Below, piece by piece: positions 12,628 to 22,618 of a stretch of DNA of 64,000 bases (the stretch's first letter is position 1; every line of letters begins with the position of its first letter). Under the pieces are notes generated by a model. It did not search any database and was not told the origin of the DNA. It worked only from the letters and a program-made list of their open reading frames with translations. Both the position numbers and the translations under genes were made by a program. This DNA is from Blepharisma stoltei ATCC 30299 (Eukaryota; Protista; Ciliophora): NCBI GenBank assembly GCA_965603825.1, contig CBFDEM010000012.1:62001-126000 (forward strand), read 5' to 3'.

Positions 12628-13072
12628 TAAAAAAATTTTTTAATAACTCTCGTACAAATCATTTTTTTTGACACGCTTTGGGCAAATCGAATCCCTAAAT
12701 GATCTCTATAAATTGGTCTATATGTCGTGCACAGGCTAAAAGGCTTAACACCCTAACGCCTAATATATAAAAAATAATTCCTCAAATGTTTGACATGCTA
12801 TGAGCAGATAGCATAGCTTGAGAGTTCTATATCCAGTATGGCTGTCGCCCACGGGCTAAACCTTTACGAGTCGCTTTGGAAGGCTTGGGTTGAAAACCCT
12901 TTTATGCCATTTTTAGGATTTTTCCGAAGGAAGCCAGGCCTTCCAAAATCACTCAAAGCCATTTAGTCTTGGACGACATATAGGCCAATTAAAAAGTTCT
13001 CATAGGTATCTGAACTGCCCTAGCAGGTAAAAAAAATTGACTTTTGAGAGACTTATTGAGAAATATTTTTTA
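12628..13072. repeat. Fold-back element with ~120-bp imperfect terminal inverted repeats (MITE-like or structured ncRNA locus)
   Basis: 12711-12746 versus the reverse complement of 12956-12990 matches 31/36, with weaker similarity out to about 12629 and 13071. Internal hairpins at 12796-12815 and 12875-12949; no ORF. Confidence 0.7.
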
Positions 13073-13080
13073 AATTTTTT

Positions 13081-13616
13081 TTATTCTTCATGCTGTGCTT
13101 CTTGATTGAAAGCTTCGTATATTGCATCTCCTAGGATTCTGACGTTATGAGATATAGATCCTTCGTCAGGAAGAATACGACCACCATATTCAGAAAAATT
13201 AATTCCATGCAAAACTTCCTCTAGCCACTCTGGAAAAGCTTGATAATAAATAAATCTTATCAAAGGTACTTTCACTTTTTCTTCAGAAAACATTTTAGAA
13301 GCATTTGCACCTCTATGTTTGATTTGATATCAATCATGCTAGAATTTTCTGGTAATTTAAAACTCTCGCTAAGATTAGTAATAAATTCTTTAATGTTCGG
13401 TACATGCCTTAATACATAAGAATTATCACTTGCATAAGTTGGAACGTTTTGCAATAAAGAATAGTAATCTTCTATATAACTACTTAAATTGTATACTTTT
13501 TCTTCACCCTCTGATAGATATTTTATAATAGGAGTTTCTATTGAACTCTCTAAAATTAGCCTAGCTTGTATAAGTTTATCTCTAGTTTCGATAAATAGTT
13601 CTCTACCACTTTTCAT
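13081..13616 (-). pseudogene. Hypothetical gene split across two overlapping frames
   Basis: ORF 13272..13616 reads on to KWKYLW-TAA while coding-like sequence continues in another frame (13081..13293). No 15/16-nt GT-AG intron repairs it. Confidence 0.4.
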
Positions 13617-14030
13617 ATTATTTTTTCCTTATTAAATTGATATATTAATTATATTTTATTTTATGGATTTCCCATGGAATAATGTATGAAAAAGCTTTAA
13701 GACTTCAGACAATTTGCATGACTTTCACCTTTATTCTTTTCTATTACATCGCATGCTTCTTCTCAAGCCTCTTCATACACTTTTCGCTTGCTCCATCTTC
13801 ACTAGCTTTTTCATCTCAGCTAGAATATAGAGAAAAAGCATGATATAAAAAAATCATTATCCATTAGCTCTCTACATCTTTTCTTTCAATAATTGTTTGC
13901 ATATCATAAACCTTGTTTTTTATATTTTAGAATTTGCAATGTGGTGAGTTTTAAATTAATTATTTATTCCCAAATCTAATTTCAATCATAATATTTACTA
14001 TATTCTCTACTCAATCTATATATCATAAAA

Positions 14031-14600
14031 ATGCAAGAAAAAGTTGACTTTCCTAATAGAAAAGCAACACGAAAATACACCTCGCAAGCAGGCGATCTTG
14101 TGATAGGGAGAATAATAAACAGAGCTGGAGACTATTATCGAGTTGATATCGGTGATAGGTTTGATGGGATGCTGCAATACTACGATTTCGAAGGAGCAAC
14201 CAAAAGAAATAGGCCACAAATTGATAATAACTCTTTAATCTATGCAAGAGTTCAAGAATCAAATCTCCATATGAACCCTGTTCTGACCTGCAAGTCAAAT
14301 TTCAATAAAAAAACCTGGTCATCTGGTGAAGCTCAATTTGGGCCAATTTTAGGTGGATATGTAATGGATGTGCCAATCCCACTGTGCCAAAAACTGCTAA
14401 AAGAAGAGGGGATCAGTATTTTGCAAAGCTTGGGAAATGCTATTAAGTTTGAGATAGTCATTGGGTATAATGGGAAAATATGAATTAACTCAGGAAATTC
14501 TAAACACACAATATTGCTTGCAAATGCTTTAATGAGGGCTGATACAATGAGCCATCAAGAGTTCAGAGATTTAGTGGAGAGAATAAGAAGGATTTCATAA
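14031..14600 (+). CDS. RRP40: Exosome complex component Rrp40 (S1+KH)
   Basis: GDLVIG, YRVDIG, FEGATKRNRP, IGYNGKI[TGA]IN; ends at TAA 14598-14600. Confidence 0.92.
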
Positions 14601-14866
14601 GAATTATATAATGGCCATAAGACATAAAAATAAAATAATTTGGATTAAACGTTGTATTTGCATAAATAAGTTATAGATGCTTAGTAAAAATTGATAAATT
14701 ACATGATAAAGAATAATTAGCTATTTATAAATAATAGAAGGTTCCATCAACATAATTTCACCTTCTACGATAAATTAGACTCAATAATATTGCTTTTAGA
14801 ATAATACTCTAAGACTATATTAACCATAAGAGAATTTATGCAAAATCCATTTATAATTGGCTAATT

Positions 14867-16606
14867 ATGGTAGAACAAATCAAGAGCCTCGTTATAAAAT
14901 GTGAAAGCATCAGAAACATTTCAATTTCTGAAGATGCTGTAAATGAGATCAAAGAAATTTATTCTGTAAGCAAAGAAATCAGTAATAAGCTATATAAAAA
15001 GCTAATTAGCCTTATTTGGGATGTCGGTGATATAATCATATATCAGCAACAGCTTAAAAAATCAAGGGACTGGAAAAGCTGGTATGCAGCTGCTGAACAA
15101 ATAGATAAAATAGAAGGCAAAGAAGAATGGAAAAAACGAGAACAAAGCCCATTATATGATTACAGGCTACTACGGCGCAGATTGAAGCTAATTCGAAGTC
15201 TTCGACAGCAAGACGATATTCCAGCCTTAGTCCATCACCTTCGCTCAGGCCTGCTTCGAGGCTTAGGCGGTAGCTTGAATTCTACGTTATATACCAAGAC
15301 TCTTGTGGATACCAAATATCTCATAATGGAATACCAAGATGAAGTTTCTAATGCCTTACGGCACGTACTGCATTCTCAAAAATACCCACTTCTTGACAAG
15401 GTCAAGTTTTTCTCAGCATCCCGCTATGCGTTTGGAAAAACCGCACTACTTATGAGTGGTGGCGGAGGATTAGGAATTTACCATTTGGGAGTAGTAAAAG
15501 CTCTGTATGATCAAGGATTGATGCCAAGAATTTTATGCGGGACTTCAGCTGGGTCTATGGTGGCATCATTTATAGGAACCACAAAATGGGAAGAAATCCC
15601 TAAGTGGTTTGAAAAAGGAGCTTTAAAATATGGACCTTTTGAAGGGCTAGCTAAAGGATCTGTGCAGAGAAAAATTAAAAGACTGTTTAAACAGGGACAT
15701 TTGATGGACAGTAAAACACTTGAAGTGTTTTTGAGGGCAAATCTAGGAGAAGTGACATTTGAAGAAGCTTATGAAGCAACGGGAATTATTTTAAATATTA
15801 CTGTCAGCGAATCAGGAAGCTTTGACGATTTCCGATTGCTGAACTATTTGACAGCTCCTCATGTCCTCGTATGAAGCGCTGCTTTAGCGTCTTGTGCAAT
15901 TCCATTTGTATTTCAAAGTGTAGAGCTAAAATGCAAAGACCATAATGGCCAGACTGTGCCTTTCCATCCAAGTGGGCTTAAGTTTATAGATGGGACAATC
16001 AAAGCTGATTTGCCGACACAAAAATTGGCAGAAATGTTTAATGTGAATGCATTTATAGTTTCACAGACAAATCCATGGGTTTTGCCATTTTTAACGCCAG
16101 AGGACGGAGGCGGCACTTGGGGTGACAGCTTTAAATTCAAGCTTTTTAAAGCTGTTAAGCGATTAATTATGATGGAATTCAGACATAGGGTCCAGCAGCT
16201 AAATTTACTTGATTTAAGCAGCACTTTGACATGGTTTTTAAGCATTTTTACCCAGGAATATAGAGGGCATGTCACAATCTGGCCTATTCCTTCTTTAAAA
16301 GACTATGTAAATATCTTATCAAACCCTACTGATGAAGATATCCAAAGATGCATTAGAAAAGGCCAATTGAGAACTTTTCCCAAAATAAATATGCTGAAAT
16401 CGATCATGGCGATTGAAAAAACTTTTGAGTCTTGCTACCATGAGCTGAGGGATAGAGTTCACTCCCAAGAGAAAAGAAAGTTCTCAATGGATGGGCAGCC
16501 AGATGAAATTATTCTTAAAGAAAGCTTGTATCAGACTGAACTAGATATTATCCCTGATATCAAGAATAAATTTGAGAATCAAGAAGTCATTGTAGATGCT
16601 CTATAA
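14867..16606 (+). CDS. Patatin-domain triacylglycerol lipase (TGL3/4/5-SDP1 family)
   Basis: MSGGGGLG, GTSAG nucleophile motif, LNYLTAPHVLV[TGA]SAALASCA, IDG, FNVNAFIVSQTNP. Confidence 0.93.
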
Positions 16607-16676
16607 ATAATAGATAGCTATTATATATGAATAAAAGCTAATAAAATGATTTATGCGAATTTCAGTTAAATCAAGC

Positions 16677-17039
16677 TTAATTAATGCCCAAAGCTACACG
16701 CTCTGGCTTAGACAAGTGTCTGACATACTCAAACTCGCGAAATTGGTCCTCTCCAAGTTTCCGATCGACAACTCCAGATGCAGGGTCAGTTCCAATTGGC
16801 CTTCTAAATAATAATACATGAGGCTCTGGAGGGTGAGAGCCATAATGATACCATCCTTTCGACATCTGCACTCCATACCGTCTCCATTCTTCATCAGGCA
16901 TCAATCCTCTCTCTATCAGCCTCATCCCCCATTCCTTCGGAAAAATGACCTGCCGATATTCATAGACTGAGTCATAGTATTTTTCAGAGTACTCAATCTT
17001 TGGAGGCTCTTCTTGTTTCTCTTTCTTAGCTTTATTCAT
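16677..17039 (-). CDS. CKS1: Cyclin-dependent kinase regulatory subunit
   Basis: IEYSEKYYDSVYEYRQV, EEWRRYGVQMSKGW, HPPEPHVLLFRRP. Confidence 0.95.
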   Translation of the reverse strand: MNKAKKEKQEEPPKIEYSEKYYDSVYEYRQVIFPKEWGMRLIERGLMPDEEWRRYGVQMSKGWYHYGSHPPEPHVLLFRRPIGTDPASGVVDRKLGEDQFREFEYVRHLSKPERVALGIN

Positions 17040-17283
17040 TATAGCCTAGGATTATCGTCGAGCTTATATAGACATCATTTCTTCAGCTGAAGATTTACTT
17101 CAAGGTATATGGATTCCATGCTGAAATTTATTTATAAAATAATGAATTTTAATTTTAATTTTAAATTTGAAATCTAGCCTAGATAAGGTTTGCCTCGAAA
17201 AATAATTTTTTTGAATTCCGTTTTAATATGATTTCTAAAAATCATTTAAATTATAAAACTTTATATTAATCTTTTCTTATAAA

Positions 17284-17929
17284 ATGGCCTCTAGTGATCA
17301 ACAACCAGACGCTCTTTACAAACTCCTCATCATTGGCGACTCTGGCGTCGGAAAATCTTGCTTCCTCTTGCAGTTCACAGAAGGCGATTTTAAAGAAGAC
17401 CACAACGTCACCATCGGTGTCGAGTATGGTGCCAAAACTCTGAAAGTAGCTGAGAAAAACATAAAACTCCAAATTTGGGACACAGCTGGACAAGAGTCCT
17501 TCAGGGCTATTACCCGTTCTTTTTATAGAAATGCGCACGGAGTAGTCTTAATGTATGACTTAACACGTTTAGAAAGCTATGAAAACCTATATGACTGGCT
17601 TAAAGAAATCAAGCAAAATTCTGATTCAGATGTCGTCATCTACCTTGTAGGAAATATGCTAGATTTAGCTGAGGACGAAAGAGAAGTCCAAACAGACATC
17701 GCACAGGCGTTTGCTGAAGAAAATAAGCTGGATGGGTTTACTGAGGCCTCAGCGAAAACTGCTGAGCATGTTTCTGAGGTAAATTATAACTAGGGTTTTT
17801 CAAAAAATAGCAGAAGTTTTGCACAAGAAAACACTGGAGAAAGCAACCAAAGAAGAAAAGCCAGCCCCTGCTCAGGCTCCAATTATAGTGCGTCCGACAC
17901 AGCCAGCAAAGAAAAAGTCATGCTGCTAA
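17284..17929 (+). CDS. Rab GTPase (Rab2-like); 16-nt intron 17779-17794
   Basis: GDSGVGKS, TIGVEYG, WDTAGQE, EASAKT. The C-terminal KKKSCC-TAA prenylation end is reached only by removing 16 nt. Confidence 0.92.
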
Positions 17930-17957
17930 ATAGCTTAATATTTAAATCTTTTATAAA

Positions 17958-18248
17958 ATGGCATATTTTCACGGAATGACAATAGATGGTGGAGTCCAGC
18001 GCTGTTATCCTGTCTGGTTGAAGTTTGAAGAATGTTTTAAAGGTGAGACTGACCCAATGGAAATCTGTAGAGACCAGTTTGACGACTATGCAGAATGCTA
18101 TAGGAGAAGAAAGGAAAAAAGACTGAATTATCGCATTAAAGAAGAGCTGCACAAGTGGAAAGTCTTGGCTATTCCTCAATATAACGAACTCACTGATTCC
18201 TTCGAGCCAGTAAGGCTTCCAGCAGATCCAGACGCCTATTTTAACTAG
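17958..18248 (+). CDS. Twin CX9C protein, complex I NDUFS5-like
   Basis: RCYPVWLKFEEC...ICRDQFDDYAEC. Confidence 0.75.
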   Translation: MAYFHGMTIDGGVQRCYPVWLKFEECFKGETDPMEICRDQFDDYAECYRRRKEKRLNYRIKEELHKWKVLAIPQYNELTDSFEPVRLPADPDAYFN

Positions 18249-18281
18249 TCTAATGGCCCAAATAAGTCTTAGTCTTATAAA

Positions 18282-20702
18282 ATGGAATTAAGCCTTTTCG
18301 AAAAAAGTGAAATTGAATTGGTAGACGGTGCTTTAGAAGTAAAAAATAGCTAGGAAATTGAAGAAAATTTCATTTATGTCCGCGACCTCATTGGCCTCAA
18401 AACAGACGAAAGCGAAATTCTAGCGATTTTACAAACGAGATCGATACAAGGAGAACACGAGATTATTAGTAGAGGCGTTTTGTATGGGATTCTGACAGGG
18501 ATGGACTGGCTGAGCTATTTGTTATTGACTTCTCGAGATAATTTCCAAACGGCTTGCAATACTCTCTCTATGATGCTGCCTAAATTGAAATCGACACAGC
18601 GAGCTGTTTGGCTGTTCACGCAGCTGTGGAAAACGGAGTCTCCAGCGTTTACAGGGCTTTTTATGACGATTTTGAGAAGTCTGGATTTGGTGAACGAGAT
18701 TAAGACGCAGCTGGATTGGATTAATACACAGCAATTCGCCTCTTTGGTGTTTTATAAAGTTCTGAGGGGTGCTTCACTTTTGGCGGCAGAAGGGATGCCA
18801 GTGTTATTTGATCATATTCATATAATTTCTCAGATTTGGATACACAGGAGAGACGCATGCATTTCTATAGGAAGAGACTTAGTAAGAATCGTTAGTAGCC
18901 TGGCAGAGTCAGGCGGAATTGAGCATATATGAAATGATTTATTTGCCTCTGGGCGTGATGGAGCTCCATTATATTGAAGTCTGTTATGCACCCCTACACA
19001 TCCTAAGTTTCATTCAGTTTTACTTAAGCCAGAAATAGAAAATAAGCTCGCATTTATCGTAGAAAATGGCTACCAAAGCAACTATACCCGATATCTCAAA
19101 TGAATAATGGAGACCTACAATGACCACGTACTAGACGATTTAGTTAGGTTTATAGTAAATTATCCAGTGGAAAAAGAAAACGTTCACAGGTGGCAAATAG
19201 TCGCCTGGCTCCTCACAAATGAGACAGACCACCAGATTCAAGCAAGCATAAAGCAAGCCCTTGTATATGACTGCTTATTTTTTAACTCCCAGGACCAAGC
19301 TTATATAATAGAGCCAGCCATGTCATTTCTTAAGCACTCAATCACAAACTGCCCAAAAATCGCTGAAGAGCTGCTTGAATTTATGCTGACTTCGGCAGAA
19401 CTTTATGATAAAAGATCGACACCGAGGATTATGAGAAGCTTAAAAGACTGTTTTACTGTCGCTTGTACACAAGGATTTTTCCCGAGTTTGCAGTCTTTAA
19501 TAGGTGATGAAAGAATTGACGGAAACATTAGGACGAGGCTTAAAGAACTCCTAGAAGCGACTACACATGATGGAGATTTGTCACCACCTGCTGCTCTATT
19601 TGAAAAAGAAGATACATCATTATCAGCCCCAAGGTCCTTTGTTGACTATTTAGGAGAAATTGCTTTCGTTTTTGCTAATGAGCCTAATTTTGATATCTTA
19701 ATGGAAATGATTCACAAATCTCAGCTTGTCAATGAAGACTTATGTAGTTTCGTTATCAAGTGTTTGACTCATGAGTTTATACAGCCTCTAACTTTAGACT
19801 TGCCTCAAAACAGTGTGCTATATCAAATATTTTTACATAGTGAAACTAATGCTAGACTTAGAGAGCTACTAAAACTTTTGCACGCTGCAGAAAGCTCTAT
19901 TGGTGTTAGGCTACTTGTATATTCTTTACAAAAAAACTCCAAACTATATCAGCAATTTGAGGACCAGTTAGAACGGGATTTATTAGCAAGTCTTCAAGAT
20001 ATTTCCTTGGAAACTTTACATTGGGTGTTCCCTGAAGTCTTTGCAAAGCTTTCTAAGCTTGTCACCCCAAATATAATCCATTTCTTCTTACAGACCACTG
20101 ATATGAAGCTTCTTCATAAGGTTGAACAAGATTTAATGCTCGATTCTTATTCAATTCTGTCTAATAAACTTTCCCAAGTCTTGGAAAAATCTGACGAATT
20201 TTCATCATCAGAAAAAATTTACCTGTGGAAATTGATACAAGCTGAAATAAAGCCAGACCAAATTGGGAAACTTCTGGACCATTTTCAGCATTCTTTGCCG
20301 CTCGGCAACCAATGAGAAAGCTTATCAGGGCTGGTTTGCTATTTGTGCTCACATACTTCACAAATTAATATAGAAAATGTGAAACAGATATTGACACTGC
20401 CTGCAAAATATTGTAAAATTACGGTTTCTGTGGTTTTGGTAGGGATTAAGGTGGAGTTTGTAAGGTTTATTTAGATTGAAGAAGCAGTCTTAGAAATTAT
20501 AAAAAAAGCCCAATTTCAAGGACAAATTAACATTTTAAAGCACCTTAAGCATTGGATTGAGCAGGATGGAAAATTAGCTTCTATTGTAAAAACAAAAAGC
20601 CTGCAAGAGGTGCTGATAAGTACAATGCAGGCTCTTTCTTCTGATTATTTTAGGGAATTCAGCTGTCTTTTAGAAACTTCAAGGCAATTATATTCATCTT
20701 AA
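18282..20702 (+). CDS. INTS3: Integrator subunit 3 / SOSS-A homologue; introns 18339-18353 and 20460-20474
   Basis: GVLYGILT, SRD, IGRDLVRI, IENKLAFI, DLVRFIV, RWQIVAWLL, YDCLFF..IIEPA. Two canonical 15-nt introns and four TGA give one frame. Confidence 0.82.
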
Positions 20703-20836
20703 TAAGTTTATGTTTAAATTAAGTATTATTTATATATATAAAGAGAGAAGCTTACTGAAATAATGAATTTTAGGTTTATAAATAACTTTGAGGTCTTTTT
20801 AATTTCTTAGTTTAGCGGCTTTTACAGGTATAAAAG

Positions 20837-20909
20837 GTCAGAGGCCAGGATTTGAACCTGGGACCTACAGTGTTGCAATACAGTCGCTCTACCGCTGAGC
20901 TACCTCTGA
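20837..20909 (-). tRNA. Atypical tRNA-like gene 1 (8-nt anticodon loop ATTGCAAC; identity undetermined)
   Basis: Acceptor TCAGAGG/CCTCTGA, D arm GCTC-AGCGGTA-GAGC, T arm CCAGG-TTCAAAT-CCTGG, C73, downstream TTTT. Confidence 0.75.
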
Positions 20910-21101
20910 TTTATAATAATGATAATCAAACTTTCTTCAAGAAATTGACTTAGAAAGGAACCTGCAAGGTAAGATTAGTTTTTTCATTGTTAGAAGCCTC
21001 TTTAAAATTTCGTCTTACAAAAAAAAATTGATCTTTTTATTTATATTACTGCAATTGAAATGATTTTTAAAAATAAGAATTGATCAGAAACACATTCAAA
21101 A

Positions 21102-21173
21102 GTCAGAGGCCAGGATTTGAACCTGGGGCCTCCGGTGTGTCATACAGACGCTCTACCACTGAGCTACCTCTGA
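21102..21173 (-). tRNA. Atypical tRNA-like gene 2 (loop ATGACAC; nominal GAC/Val)
   Basis: Same body as gene 1; anticodon stem TCTGT/ACCGG with a T:C mismatch; TTTT terminator. Confidence 0.75.
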
Positions 21174-21422
21174 TTATATATTAATATTTGAGCAGCAAGT
21201 GATCTTCAAGAAATGATAAAATTGTATTTGCAAATAAATTATCAGAAATCAAAAGCTATCAATAAATCCCATAAGCATTTATTGTAAATAGGTATATGAA
21301 ATAAAATAAATATAAATTAAATATTATATCAAAATGCTTAAAATACTTATAGAATAATGGGTTTTAATTATTTGAATAAATAAATTTATTGATCAACATT
21401 AGCTTTTAAATAAGTTAAAAAT

Positions 21423-21495
21423 GTCAGAGGCCAGGAATTGAACCTGGGACCACCGGTTTGCAGTACAGATGCTCTACCAACTGAGCTACCTCTGA
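21423..21495 (-). tRNA. Atypical tRNA-like gene 3 (loop ACTGCAA; nominal TGC/Ala but no G3:U70 and no U33)
   Basis: Same body; D loop AGTTGGTA; T5 terminator. Confidence 0.75.
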
Positions 21496-22618
21496 TAATT
21501 TTCTCTGTTTTCGCGACATTTTCATCTCTTGAAAAGTCTACCACCCTATAAAATAATCATTTTCCTCATGAAAATATGACTATGTTGTTAATTTGTTATC
21601 GAGTAATTCTTGTTATAAGCAAGAAAATTTCAATATGGATTAAATAATGGTCAGAAAAATTCTTTTGTCATAATTATTATAGCAAATAACTTTACCAAAC
21701 ATGAATTTGAAGATATCTTCAATAAAATTAGGAAGTTTGGAGCTCTTAAAGATTTATTACTCGATCAAAATTTGGATTTTTGGACTTTTTTATAAATTTT
21801 AATTTTAAAGAAAGTGGCCTCTATTTGAAGTTAATAATAAAAATTCACAGAAATCCTGCAATTTTAAAGTGGCAAGCACTCTAAAGAACACAAAATAATT
21901 CATGAGTCAAAATATTTGTTATGTATAGAATCATTCTTATTGATACTCAAAATTAATGAATCTTTACTATAACTCTATTTCAATTTTTAATTTTAATAAT
22001 TTCTTTAAATAAAAATCTTTTTGTCTTGAAAGCTTCATTTTTTGGATATCTTAGCATCATTTCTGTCAAAAATAATGATGATTTTATTAAGAGCCCATTA
22101 TAAAATGGTGAAGTATATACAATTTTATAATTTATAAACAAATAAAACTAAAGATTTCGACTGCACATTTATTTTATTTAAGCAATCAGAAATTTATAAA
22201 ATAAATATTAATTTCAAAAAGAAAAATATATCCTATCACTGGCACAGTGCTTGTTGAAGTTTCAAATTCCATATTTAATCTAATCGTATTTATATGCTTA
22301 ATTATAACTATTCTAACAGATAATTATTTAAAAAAATCCCAGCTCAAGATATTTTAGGATTTCCAGAGAATTTCATTATTTTTTACAAGTCTGTAAAGGC
22401 CTAGAAAATTATTTTTCATACGTAATGTCATATTACATTTCTGATCCATTTCTGTAAAGAAGCCATAATTTTCACTCCATTTTCTTATCAATAATAAAAA
22501 ATACCTTAAAATACAAAAACTTAAAGTTTTATTCATATTAAGTGCCGATCCATTTAAAATTATTTAACTAAAGCTGGCTTTTTATCGATAAACGAATGGC
22601 GCACATCGAATTCTAAAT

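Noticed and set aside
20837-21495. Intron-containing tRNA-Tyr (shared CTGTA), or standard Cys/Ala/Val tRNAs
   Set aside because: CTGTA sits in the 5' stem, leaving no anticodon stem for Tyr. Identity elements (U73 for Cys, G3:U70 for Ala, A73 for Val) are missing.
21500-22600. Long AT-rich intergenic tracts (also 29950-31200 and 58700-59700) as retained IESs
   Set aside because: No recognisable terminal repeats or structure; TA boundaries are uninformative at this AT content.
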